A model generated the notes under the pieces. That model worked only from the letters and a program-made list of their open reading frames with translations. It was not told where the DNA came from and did not search any database. Shown piece by piece: positions 38,146-48,249 of a stretch of 64,000 nucleotides of DNA; the stretch's first letter is position 1; every line of letters begins with the position of its first letter. This DNA comes from a virus (Duplodnaviria > Caudoviricetes), in the IMG/VR virus record IMGVR_UViG_3300031993_000006, positions 64,001 through 128,000 of that record. The stretch is one strand, 5' to 3'. A program made the translations under genes and the position numbers.

Positions 38146-39942
38146 ATGCAGAGAAATACTAGACTAGCAGTCAATTGTTTGTTACAGGTGAAGGACGGGA
38201 ACCGTCTGGATGTCGAGGAATGGTTGAAGTACCATATCGCCCTCGGCTTTGACACAATCTTCGTATGCGATTCCGGGAACCATACCTGGCTCGAGGAAGT
38301 ATGCGAAAAGCTCAAGGACAATGTAGTTCTTGCTCCCCGGAGCGAAAACTGGAAGTACAAGAGCGAAATTATCCGTGACTATGTGTCCCGCCGTGAATAT
38401 GAGGAATGGTGCATCTGTATGGATGAGCATGACTTCCTCTGGATTTCCCCGGGAAAAGCAAAGTCCATTCTCCAGTATGTTGAAAGCATCCCGAATTATC
38501 TCGCCGCGGTTACTTTCTATGTCAAGCATCTTTCTTCCAAGCAGCCGATGAGTTACCGTGTAGGTACGCAGATTGACTGCTTTACGCATGCCCGCCGTGA
38601 ACCGGAAGGCTTTTTGCCGAAATACAACTGCTTGCCGAATGACGGCGTGACCTTGTTCCGCGTGAGCAACCAGTCGATGCCGTTGCGCGACCCGGTGACT
38701 CCGGTGTTGACTAACCGTTGGGGCGACTCCGAGTTCCGCCAGATGACCCCGAAGCGTTTCGCCGAGGAAACGACCACAAAGGTATTCCGCCCGACTGCGT
38801 ATTCTGTCCGTATCTACCGGTACGGGATTCGCTCCGGTGTCGAAGTCGGTTTTGATGACAAGAAGGTCCCGGTCGGATTCGATATTGTTGACCTCAGCAT
38901 GCAGAAGGCCCGCGACCAGTACTGCCATATCCCTGTTAATCCCGAAACAGAAACATTGTTTGCCAAGTCCGAGCCTCCGCAGGAACTCGCCGAAGCGGCA
39001 CCTGTTCAGGTTGAATCCCAGGGGCTTCCGGCTGTAAAGACGCCGACCCCGGAAGAATACGAGGCTTTGGCTCTTCCGATTAGCCGTTCGACAATCGACA
39101 AGTTGATTTTCAAGGGCCAGTTCTTCGATGACATTCTCAAGCATGTGTCCCTCAGGAGCAAGGAATTCGACCGTGGTTTGCTTGAACGCGCATTCCAGGA
39201 AGAACGCCGGGCAATCATCGCATCTTCCTCTTTGTATACGGAAATGCAGGAACTGTACGACCAGGGCAAGACCGATGACGAGGTTAAGCGTACCTTGATG
39301 ATTACCAGTGATGCCACATTTGAGCGTATGCGTCGTGCATTGCCGGTACTTGACATCGAAACCCAGTACAGTGCAGCCAATCAGGAAGTTGTCGGCTCCG
39401 ATGTGGTATCTCCGGTACAGGTAGCCCCTGTTCAGGCTCAGCCGGAAAGCGCACCGGTGACACTCGCCGCTCCTAAGGTCGTCAAGACTAGCAAGAAGAC
39501 GGCTGCCGTCGCAACGCCTGATGTTCAGGAAGAAGGTACGGAAGATATGCCGGATGCCGGATTGGTTGATGAATTCGAGAAATCCGAGGCTGTCGCCGTC
39601 CCGACGGCTGAGGAACTTGCTGCCCGTGAGGAAGCCGTGAAGACGGTTGACAATAAGCGGAAGAACAAGGGTTCCAAGAAAGGCTCCAAGAAGGGTTCCA
39701 AGAAGTCGGCTGTTGTCGCCGTAGAATCCGATGATGTTGATGTGTCCGATATCGAAGTCGGTATGGTCGCCAGTGATGAACCGGAAGGCGCCGTTGCGCC
39801 GCCACCTCCGGTAGCTGAACCGGAAACTGAACCTGTGACCGACGATGAACTCAACCAGGCCTTTGCCGGCTTGGAAGATACCGGCGACGACAATGTTCTT
39901 GCCGATGTGTCCATCGATGCCGTAATCGGAAACAACAAGTAG
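38146..39942 (+). CDS. GT-A (GT2/GT92-like) glycosyltransferase-fold protein with a long acidic tail
   Basis: EEWLKYHIALGFDTIFVCDS and EWCICMDEHDFL resemble GT2_4/GT92 N-termini; low-complexity C-terminus. Confidence 0.65.
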   Translation: MQRNTRLAVNCLLQVKDGNRLDVEEWLKYHIALGFDTIFVCDSGNHTWLEEVCEKLKDNVVLAPRSENWKYKSEIIRDYVSRREYEEWCICMDEHDFLWISPGKAKSILQYVESIPNYLAAVTFYVKHLSSKQPMSYRVGTQIDCFTHARREPEGFLPKYNCLPNDGVTLFRVSNQSMPLRDPVTPVLTNRWGDSEFRQMTPKRFAEETTTKVFRPTAYSVRIYRYGIRSGVEVGFDDKKVPVGFDIVDLSMQKARDQYCHIPVNPETETLFAKSEPPQELAEAAPVQVESQGLPAVKTPTPEEYEALALPISRSTIDKLIFKGQFFDDILKHVSLRSKEFDRGLLERAFQEERRAIIASSSLYTEMQELYDQGKTDDEVKRTLMITSDATFERMRRALPVLDIETQYSAANQEVVGSDVVSPVQVAPVQAQPESAPVTLAAPKVVKTSKKTAAVATPDVQEEGTEDMPDAGLVDEFEKSEAVAVPTAEELAAREEAVKTVDNKRKNKGSKKGSKKGSKKSAVVAVESDDVDVSDIEVGMVASDEPEGAVAPPPPVAEPETEPVTDDELNQAFAGLEDTGDDNVLADVSIDAVIGNNK

Positions 39943-39965
39943 TGCTTATACGCATATTCTACAGA

Positions 39966-39992
39966 AAGTCGGACGTGCTCGTCCGGCTTTTT
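39966..39992 (+). terminator. Terminator whose T tract runs into the next promoter motif
   Basis: AAGTCGGACG-TGCT-CGTCCGGCTT-TTT followed by GCTATATTT. Confidence 0.7.
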
Positions 39993-40001
39993 GCTATATT
40001 T
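39993..40001 (+). promoter_or_regulatory. GCTATATTT promoter, leaderless configuration
   Basis: 5 nt before the gp46 ATG, no SD. Confidence 0.6.
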
Positions 40002-40006
40002 AGTAT

Positions 40007-42496
40007 ATGAATAATCTTACATTGAAGAGCTGTGTCTTTAACAACTTCATGTCCTACGGGAACAATGTAAATGAGTTTACATTCCCTCGTGGCGTGATTT
40101 TGATGACTGCGGATAATGGAAGCGGTAAGTCTACAGTTATCGAGGCTATTTCTTATGCCTTGTTTGGTGAATCTTACCGTGGCGGCAACAAGGGAGACCT
40201 TCGTAATACCCGAAATACCGAAGGTACTCTCCGCGTAATGCTGGAATTTGATTGCGAGCGGGTTCCGGGCGAAGTAGAATCTTACCGTGTTACTAGGACT
40301 ATTGCCCCGAAGGGTAGCGGACGGTTTGATGTTGATAAGTTTGAGGGGGAACGGTGGGTTCCCCAGAACAAGCGCGCCGGGTATGCCCAGAGGGATTTCG
40401 AGGAGAATATTCTTGGGTTCAATATGGTATTGTTCAAGAATACCATATCGATGAATACTCAGGAAAGTATCCCGTTCATGGAAATGAAGACGGCGGCCCG
40501 CCGTGAACTTCTTGAATCCATCATTATGTGCAACCACAAGCCTTGGAAGGAAGAGACTACCCGACGGGCATCGGCGGCTGCTATGGCATTCGACTTGGCG
40601 GCGAACGATATCGAGCGCTTCAATGGCGAACGCGGTCGTCTTGTGGATTTGCTCAAGACGATGAAGGAAGAGCAGGTTACTGCTATCGAGAATCTCAAGG
40701 CCGATATTCAGCAAAGAAAGGAATCGCTTGGTACGATTGCCGAGCGGATTCAGACACGCCGAAATGAATGCTCGACAATCGAACAGGGTATCACCGCTAA
40801 GCTGAACGAGATTGCTTCGCTCCGTGCACAACTCGATAATGCAAAGGTAGCTTCCGCTGCCGCCAAGTCAAAGTTTGACTCTGCGAACGCCGAGCTTGTG
40901 CAGAAGGCGACGGTTGTCCAGTCGTATGCTGACGAGTGTAATAAGGAATCCGGAATAGATAAAGAAATCCGGTCTATCCAGAATGCTTGCTCGGAAATCA
41001 ATATCCTTGCACAGTACCAGCAACAGCTGACTGCTGCCGAGGCGAAGTATTCCGAGGTTCTCGCTGAATACGAGAAGCTCGGCGTGGCTTCCCTCAATAT
41101 GACGGTTGCTAATCTCAAGGCCGCTATTGATGGGATGACCAATCAGATTCATTCCCATGAGACTCGCCGTAGTGTTTTGGCCAGTGAAATTAAACGGTGG
41201 GGCGATGAACGCGAGCGAGTTAAGCAGGAAGGTCTGTCTTTGGTACCGGGTAAGCTTTGCCCGACTTGCGGAAAACCGTATACCAAGGAGGACATGGAAC
41301 CTCATAAGGTCGAGTTGCGTCGTCAGTGGAGTGAACTGAACAAAAAGGTTGAGGCTTGCCAGACTGAAGACAAGGACATCGAGTTAAAGATTGCCGACTT
41401 GCTCCTTGAAAGAGCTAGGCAGGACGCCGACCTTGCAAAGGTGAACGAGGCGCTCGACGCTGCCGCTAAGTACAATGAAGCGTATGTTGCCCCGGCAAAG
41501 GCCGCCGTTGATAATTTCAATCAGTCCATCGCCGCATCCGAGAAGAAGATTTCCGATACCGGAATTAACCCGGCCGAGTTCTCTTCCCGTCTCAATACGC
41601 TCAATGCTGAAAAGGCTCGCTTGCAGGAAGTCCGTGCAAAGTGGCAGGCTTCTTCTGCAGACTACCAGACCACATCCCAGGGTGTCGCGGCAATACAGTT
41701 TGAATACAATAACGCTGTAAATGCCGAGACTAATCTTGGTTCCAAGATTGCTTTGGAGGAGAAGTCCGTCGAAAATGACCGTAAGTCGCTTGAGGATAAA
41801 CAACAGCGCATTCAGGATGACGAGCAGGAAATCGTTCGGGTTAACGAAAGTATCGCCAAGGATGAAGCTACGGTTGCCGCCGGTGTGACTAAGGAATCTG
41901 CTGCCGGTATGGCTAAGGTGGAACAGCAGATAAAGGATGTCGATGATAGTATCGCTGACGCTGAACGTCGGAAGCATGAGGCGAGTGACGATAAGCTTGC
42001 CTATGATTATATTGGTAAGGACATGTTTGCTGATGATGGTCTGAAGGAAATGATATTCAGCCAGTTCGTCCCGGAATTTAACAAGAGTGTCGAGATGAAC
42101 ATCCGCAAGATGAACTTGCCGTATACGGTCATCTTCAATACGGATATGTCGTTCCATTACCAGGCTGAACCCGGCTATGCACCGACTTACGATATGCTAT
42201 CCCAGGGTCAGAAGCGCAAGCTTGGATTTGCTATCTTGATGGCATTCCGTGATTTCGTGTCCTTGGTCGGCAACTTCCGTATCAACTTCCTCTCGATGGA
42301 CGAAGTTCTTGATATTTCTACTGACGATGCCGGTATGCGCGATATGCTCGATATCGTTCGCGATATGAATGAGGATATTGGCTGTACTCTTGTGATTACT
42401 CACAGGGGAAGCGTCGTCGCTGACAAGTTCGACTACCGCATAGTAGTGCAGAACGATGGCATGTACTCAACACTAGGAGAATTGGAGAAACTATGA
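40007..42496 (+). CDS. gp46/SbcC/Rad50-like SMC ATPase
   Basis: Walker A NGSGKS, CPTCG zinc hook, signature LSQGQ, Walker B MDE, ITH; coiled coils. Confidence 0.93.
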   Translation: MNNLTLKSCVFNNFMSYGNNVNEFTFPRGVILMTADNGSGKSTVIEAISYALFGESYRGGNKGDLRNTRNTEGTLRVMLEFDCERVPGEVESYRVTRTIAPKGSGRFDVDKFEGERWVPQNKRAGYAQRDFEENILGFNMVLFKNTISMNTQESIPFMEMKTAARRELLESIIMCNHKPWKEETTRRASAAAMAFDLAANDIERFNGERGRLVDLLKTMKEEQVTAIENLKADIQQRKESLGTIAERIQTRRNECSTIEQGITAKLNEIASLRAQLDNAKVASAAAKSKFDSANAELVQKATVVQSYADECNKESGIDKEIRSIQNACSEINILAQYQQQLTAAEAKYSEVLAEYEKLGVASLNMTVANLKAAIDGMTNQIHSHETRRSVLASEIKRWGDERERVKQEGLSLVPGKLCPTCGKPYTKEDMEPHKVELRRQWSELNKKVEACQTEDKDIELKIADLLLERARQDADLAKVNEALDAAAKYNEAYVAPAKAAVDNFNQSIAASEKKISDTGINPAEFSSRLNTLNAEKARLQEVRAKWQASSADYQTTSQGVAAIQFEYNNAVNAETNLGSKIALEEKSVENDRKSLEDKQQRIQDDEQEIVRVNESIAKDEATVAAGVTKESAAGMAKVEQQIKDVDDSIADAERRKHEASDDKLAYDYIGKDMFADDGLKEMIFSQFVPEFNKSVEMNIRKMNLPYTVIFNTDMSFHYQAEPGYAPTYDMLSQGQKRKLGFAILMAFRDFVSLVGNFRINFLSMDEVLDISTDDAGMRDMLDIVRDMNEDIGCTLVITHRGSVVADKFDYRIVVQNDGMYSTLGELEKL

Positions 42497-43653
42497 GTAT
42501 AAAGCAAGTTATCAATCCGCTGCCGATGGGTGGCATCTATGTGATATATTCTGCCGGCGCTATCTTCGAGAAGCCGGGTGAACGCGGAACGATGCATCTT
42601 ATGGAGCATTTACTTGCTCATCTCTGGGATGACCGCCGGGACCTTTTCATGGAAAAGGCTTTTAGGGCAAACGCCTATACTGCAGATGACCTTCTTGTTT
42701 GCCATCTTACTGGCCCGGCTGATGACCTTGAAAAGTATGCGAAGGAATTCGTGCGCCTTATCACGGGTGGTCACGAACGCATTACCGAACCAATGTTCGA
42801 TAATGAAAAGTCTACAGTACTTAATGAATATAGTGATGTGTTCGCTGACCCGATGCGTGGTGCTTTGCATAACGGATTCCGCAAGGCATACGGCATGTAT
42901 ACCGCTATCGGTGAAAAGAAGGATATCGAAGCCTTTACTTACGACAAATTTGCCGGTTATTACAAGGACCATTTCTCTGTACCTAACCTTGTGGTGTGGG
43001 TTGGTCCGCACGAAATTGACCTCGATGGTATCGTTACCGAAGCTCCGAAGTTCACCGCCGTTAGCGATGCGACTGATTTCGTTGAAAATCGTGATATTCC
43101 TACTGAGCCGGCTCCTATTATTGACAAGGTGATGGTGAACTGCTTCAGCAAGAAGGTGATTGCGAACGAAGACGCCAATGCCATGCTTCTTGCGACGCTG
43201 GCTTTGGGGAAGGGCTTGAATTCTCCGTTGTATCAGGAAATTCGCGAAAAACGCGGTCTTTCATATTACAGCTTTGCTGAATGTGAACGCATCGCGCAGA
43301 AGGCAACTGCATTCTTCTGTTCCGGTACCGATAAGCAGCGTATCGTCAAGAATCCGGATGGAACGGAAACGATAATCGATTGCCCGAAAGAACTTATCGG
43401 CGTCTACCATGATGTGTTCTCTAATATCGATAAGTATCTTACTAAGGAACGCTATGACTTGTCCATCAGTTTCTTGAAGAACCATCAAAAAGAAGAAGAA
43501 GCACTTCGCTTTATGAACTACGAAGACTTCGTTATCGACGAATTCAACTATGCGATTGACCCCCGCAAGGCAATCGAAGTTACCTATGAGCAGGTTCTCG
43601 AGGTCGCTCATAAGTATCTCGACGATGAAAACATGTTCTTCTATGTAGTGTAG
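42493..43653 (+). CDS. M16-family zinc metallopeptidase
   Basis: HLMEH (HxxEH), NAYT, EKSTVLNE, SPLYQEIREKRGLSY. Confidence 0.92.
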   Translation: MSIKQVINPLPMGGIYVIYSAGAIFEKPGERGTMHLMEHLLAHLWDDRRDLFMEKAFRANAYTADDLLVCHLTGPADDLEKYAKEFVRLITGGHERITEPMFDNEKSTVLNEYSDVFADPMRGALHNGFRKAYGMYTAIGEKKDIEAFTYDKFAGYYKDHFSVPNLVVWVGPHEIDLDGIVTEAPKFTAVSDATDFVENRDIPTEPAPIIDKVMVNCFSKKVIANEDANAMLLATLALGKGLNSPLYQEIREKRGLSYYSFAECERIAQKATAFFCSGTDKQRIVKNPDGTETIIDCPKELIGVYHDVFSNIDKYLTKERYDLSISFLKNHQKEEEALRFMNYEDFVIDEFNYAIDPRKAIEVTYEQVLEVAHKYLDDENMFFYVV

Positions 43654-43683
43654 TCTTTGCGGAAAGTTGGACCTGTGGAAGGG

Positions 43684-43715
43684 GCGGCTGGTGCAGCGAT
43701 GCGCCGGCCGTTTTT
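43684..43715 (+). terminator. Rho-independent terminator
   Basis: GCGGCTGGTGCA-GCGA-TGCGCCGGCCG-TTTTT. Confidence 0.75.
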
Positions 43716-43776
43716 CGTTGTTGGAAGTAGTTTCATAGGGTGCCGCTACATAAACTACCGAATTGCGAGGTGCTAT

Positions 43777-46700
43777 ATGGCCGAAGGATATGATTTCGAG
43801 AAATATTATGTGAACGAGAAGGTGAAGACCGAGGCGGCTATCAACCGTACCGGGGTAATCCTGCAGAATACTACCGAGCCTTCGGAAATTGCGACGAACA
43901 ATGTCGTTTACTATGTAGCCTCCCTCTATGTGAAGAATGTTGGAAGTTCGGAATTTATTCAGCTGACCGGCGAAAACTGGCGGATATGCATTATTGAGGA
44001 CCCGACTAAAGACGAATCCGAGCGCAGCTATTACTATCTCCGCCCGTGGCATCGGTTGGGGGAGGTAGCTAGCCTTGGAATTTCGGATACTTGGGACCCC
44101 AAGGGTTCGCGGGATGCGGTCTTTGAGTCTAACGATGCCGATACAGATTACCAGTATGCCGCCATAAATGATGCGGTTGGCGGAAATCCGGTACCGGTTA
44201 CCGCTTTCCGGGCAGTATTGTATCCTCGTTATGAAACCGAGGTAAACGAGGCAGAAACCGAGCAGTCCTTTATGTCTACCGGAGTGTCTACTAAGCCGAT
44301 AAATCAGGATGTCGTCCAGAATCCCAAGCTGATGCGGCTTATGTACGGGGCGCTCGGCCTACAGGGTGGTCGCTGGAAGGGTCTCCGTTGGCTCGAACGG
44401 ATATGGGATAAAAATGGCGGAATGACGGACAATGCGGTCATACCGTATGACCGGTTTGTCAAGTGCATGAATTACCTTGCCGATGTCTGTAAGGAGAATG
44501 ATGTCGGGTTCAGTGTTATCTATTATGACCAGACATTTGCCAAGGAAGTTACCGTAGAGGATGCTACCCGTGAGGAATACCGGGCTAATCGGGCCCGCGC
44601 TCGAGCCAAGCATAATAACTATAGAATTGCATTGGCAAATGCCGATATTACCCGCACTGATTTACCTACCCGGATGAGTTTTAACGAGGCGTATGGGAGT
44701 GGACTATCTAAGTTTCTTACCAAGATGAAGAATGAAGGGTACTTTGAACCTACAGGTAGTGCATTCGGTAATGCTACGGCACTGTTGCCTCCGGTGAAGA
44801 CTGCCGTGCAGGCATTCTTCTATGACCGGGAAGAACTCGAGACGAATTTCTCTTCCTTGTTCCGTACGGTGATGGAAGGGGTTACCAATATCCCCTATGT
44901 CTGGAGATTTGTTGATAAGGATATCAAGACGGCGATTGACAATGCAAAGAACAGGTATCAGGAAACACCGAAATCGTCCGGACGGATGCTGTTCGACTTG
45001 GATATTGCAGTTGCCCGTTTGACGAATACGCCCGAAGCCGATAAAGTGCCTTATGCAATTCCACGAGCGATTCAGGAAACCGGCAATGGCGATTCGGGCT
45101 ATAGCTTAATTGTCGGCATCCCGGGTGAAAGCTCTACCATGCTGACGGCTTGGTCTTCCGATGCGGGACACGATATCTATACCGGCTATAAGAATGGTAA
45201 CAATTCAAGGGAAAACTTGCGCAGAAAGAACTTTGTCACTACGAGCGCATCCGAAGTGGTGGATTACCTGGTAAATTCCTTTAACGACCAGGTAGATGCC
45301 GGGGCGATAACGGCACCTAAAGTCGACAAGATTTCCGCTGTCGATGGAAAAGTTACTATTCCTCAGGAGTTGCAGACTACCAATCCAATATTCTATAGCT
45401 GGGCTGCTTATACTGCTGCGTTCATGAATATCATACGATACTACGGTAATAATGGCGAGCAAATTGACGCTACAACCCTATTTGCAAATTGTTTTACTTC
45501 CAATGGTATATTCGGAACGAGTAATAATAGCGACTGGTCAAGCCGCTGGTTGGCGGTATCCCTTGGTATCATACCGGAGGCTGTAACTGAATTTAGCGGG
45601 GAGTATGACATTATCTCTTGGGAAAACGGGGTGGTTACCGGTAGCAAGGCATACAGCGATATGTTCGAGCCGCAACTGGCTGATATGTGGCGGGACATAA
45701 CCACATTGCCCTATGAAAGTTTCGGGATGGTGATGGATGCGGTGTCCGCAATGCGCCGTGCGTACAAGCAGATGAATCGCGCGGTAGCTACACGGATTCT
45801 GCAGATTGGGCCTGCGCGGGCGTTCAAGGCGGCCATGAAGCTGGATGACCTGTCCGATGATTTCAACGAGTTCGCCGATGTATGCGATAAGCTTGTTTGG
45901 TATCAGCGGCTGGTCGAGGAATCGCCGTTCACTAATAAGTCTACAATTCCTGTGGGGAATAACCCGACACTCACTTCTTCGTTCCCGGCGCACTTCATGT
46001 TCCCCGTACATATGTATAAGCGTGTGCGCGTGAAGTATAAGAATTTCTGGGGACGCACCCGTCACCGTATGCAGAAGCGGTCGATTGGTGTCAGGTGGGC
46101 TGAAGTGACCTTTACCGATGCATCGGTATTCAATGAATATCCGGTGATTAACGATTTCCACGGTGAATCGGTGGGGTATTCCGGTAGTTACAGTATCGAC
46201 GGGCAGAATATTTTACTGGATGAGCCATTGCCGTCGAAGGTGGTTGATGCAGGCGAGGGAATGGTGCAGTTTGCCTCGTGCAAGGTGCATGTCACAGTAA
46301 AGAATGATGTTCTGCTTGAGATGGACGAGGGCGCCGTTATCGCGGATATTCCGGGTGCAATCCAGTCCATCAAGATTCCTCTTCCTCCGTCACAGCCGGA
46401 TGGTTCTCGGGAATCGGTCGAGATTCAGTACAAGATGCCGGGTCTCCCATATGATTCCGAAATACGCAAGCGCGCTTTTGTCGAGTACGGTTCGCTGAGT
46501 CAGGCATCGTACTTCGAGGCGGTGCGAAATACCGGTTCGGATGATGAGAAGCACGAAGGGTGGAAGATTTTTTACCCGTCTTCTGCAGAAATTTCTGCAA
46601 TGCGCAACGGCATCGGGGTCCACGACAAGGTGGCAATGCTGTTGTCTATCCTGAAACACGAGTTTGGTGATAGCCGGGTCCAACTGACCGAAACCCGTCG

Positions 46701-48219
46701 TTCTATGGAAGACCAGGAGAACATGTGTACCGGTGGCCCGGAAAGCGCGTTCCTATCTTGGCACAACTATGGACTTGCCGCGCAGATTCTTATCCTCAAG
46801 TCGGACGGGAAGACTCCGCTCGAAAAGGATGATGAGGAAGTGAAGCGACTGTCTCAGGTTGCCCGGGCGTTTACCGAGGGTTGCCTTGATGGTAAGTTCG
46901 GGCCTCCGTGCAATGTGGTATGGTGTGCCCGTCTTGCCGTGGGACCGTCATTGTTCGACTGGGAGTTTCTCCCGATTGGAGTTGGCCACAAGGATGCCCC
47001 GAAGTTCCGCAATATTCTCATTTCGCAGTCCGACCCGGTACATGAACTGGGATATGTCGACGTGGATGGAGGAAATCTTGTAAAGAACACGGTTCCGTCC
47101 GGTAATGTCCCGTATGTTCTTGCTTCGTCTCCCGCGTTGGCTTCGGCGGAGAAGCACGGTGGGCACCGGTTCATGAATCCGAGGAATATCAGGAATTTCG
47201 AGCATATCGAGGATATCGTACTTTATGACGCTCGTGAATATGTCGACCTAATCAAGCTCAAGATGAACGCTAACGGTACTGCCCGACCGGAATCCGGAAG
47301 TATTTACGATTGGAAGGCGCTTAATCCGGTGGCGTGTGAACAGCTTATCCGTTATTACGCGATGGTCGGGAGTATTTCTGCATCGAAGGCTCTGCTTGCT
47401 GGCGATTTCGTCGAGCGTTACCTCCCGATAGAGGAACAGTACTACAATTCTAGCCCTGTTGATTATGTCAAGGGTATGCTTGGCGAGAATTATGCCGATG
47501 CCCGTATCTGTACTTCACGGGATGGACGGTCTTCATACATTACTTTGAGCGACGGCATTCTGCATGTGAAGTCCTTGGATGCATATCCGAACAATGCGCC
47601 AACTCGTCTGGATATTCACAAGCAGCAGAAGGTGGATGCATCCCATGTCACTTGGGGTATATGGGAAGACGGCGTGTTTTATTCGGAAGAAGAACTTGCT
47701 GAGATGGGTAGGGAAATCCCGTATATCGATTCCGAAGTGCCGGTAATTGCCGGATATGTCAACGGCGAGGCTACTGAGGGTGAGGCCGTGTACTTGCATC
47801 AGGTGGTCGCCGCGAAGATACATAAGCGCTTTGGTGAAATCCGTAAGCTATTCGAGGACTTCGGTGGTGCTCTTATGTACGACCGGGTTGAGGACGGGCC
47901 GAATGCGTCTATGGCCGATATGCTGGAAAACGAGTTCGGGCTGATTGCCGCTCAGGACCTCCTCCCGTTCGACGACCTCGACACTATGCTTGACGGGATA
48001 TTGAGGGATGCCGGAAAGACTACGGGTGTTCTTGGGGAGACCGGGACCATTTACGAAAAGGTCGTGGACAATGCCCAGATATCGGGTTTCCGCTATGCTT
48101 CCCTTAAGAAGGAACATCTGCATATCAGGGATTTGCCGACGGCGAACGACGGGAAGACACTGTATGACCTGATTCAGAAGGGTCACGGGTATACAGCGAA
48201 CGACATCGTATCTCGATAA
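43777..48219 (+). CDS. Large probable virion protein with a degenerate M15 peptidase-like domain
   Basis: ATAAACT at 43750 and GAGG RBS favour ATG 43777. ETRRSMEDQ...SWHNYGLAAQI resembles the M15 pattern RS..Q...SxH..GLA.D. Confidence 0.7.
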   Translation: MAEGYDFEKYYVNEKVKTEAAINRTGVILQNTTEPSEIATNNVVYYVASLYVKNVGSSEFIQLTGENWRICIIEDPTKDESERSYYYLRPWHRLGEVASLGISDTWDPKGSRDAVFESNDADTDYQYAAINDAVGGNPVPVTAFRAVLYPRYETEVNEAETEQSFMSTGVSTKPINQDVVQNPKLMRLMYGALGLQGGRWKGLRWLERIWDKNGGMTDNAVIPYDRFVKCMNYLADVCKENDVGFSVIYYDQTFAKEVTVEDATREEYRANRARARAKHNNYRIALANADITRTDLPTRMSFNEAYGSGLSKFLTKMKNEGYFEPTGSAFGNATALLPPVKTAVQAFFYDREELETNFSSLFRTVMEGVTNIPYVWRFVDKDIKTAIDNAKNRYQETPKSSGRMLFDLDIAVARLTNTPEADKVPYAIPRAIQETGNGDSGYSLIVGIPGESSTMLTAWSSDAGHDIYTGYKNGNNSRENLRRKNFVTTSASEVVDYLVNSFNDQVDAGAITAPKVDKISAVDGKVTIPQELQTTNPIFYSWAAYTAAFMNIIRYYGNNGEQIDATTLFANCFTSNGIFGTSNNSDWSSRWLAVSLGIIPEAVTEFSGEYDIISWENGVVTGSKAYSDMFEPQLADMWRDITTLPYESFGMVMDAVSAMRRAYKQMNRAVATRILQIGPARAFKAAMKLDDLSDDFNEFADVCDKLVWYQRLVEESPFTNKSTIPVGNNPTLTSSFPAHFMFPVHMYKRVRVKYKNFWGRTRHRMQKRSIGVRWAEVTFTDASVFNEYPVINDFHGESVGYSGSYSIDGQNILLDEPLPSKVVDAGEGMVQFASCKVHVTVKNDVLLEMDEGAVIADIPGAIQSIKIPLPPSQPDGSRESVEIQYKMPGLPYDSEIRKRAFVEYGSLSQASYFEAVRNTGSDDEKHEGWKIFYPSSAEISAMRNGIGVHDKVAMLLSILKHEFGDSRVQLTETRRSMEDQENMCTGGPESAFLSWHNYGLAAQILILKSDGKTPLEKDDEEVKRLSQVARAFTEGCLDGKFGPPCNVVWCARLAVGPSLFDWEFLPIGVGHKDAPKFRNILISQSDPVHELGYVDVDGGNLVKNTVPSGNVPYVLASSPALASAEKHGGHRFMNPRNIRNFEHIEDIVLYDAREYVDLIKLKMNANGTARPESGSIYDWKALNPVACEQLIRYYAMVGSISASKALLAGDFVERYLPIEEQYYNSSPVDYVKGMLGENYADARICTSRDGRSSYITLSDGILHVKSLDAYPNNAPTRLDIHKQQKVDASHVTWGIWEDGVFYSEEELAEMGREIPYIDSEVPVIAGYVNGEATEGEAVYLHQVVAAKIHKRFGEIRKLFEDFGGALMYDRVEDGPNASMADMLENEFGLIAAQDLLPFDDLDTMLDGILRDAGKTTGVLGETGTIYEKVVDNAQISGFRYASLKKEHLHIRDLPTANDGKTLYDLIQKGHGYTANDIVSR

Positions 48220-48249
48220 ACTATCGAAAAATGAGTTTAGGAGGCTGTG

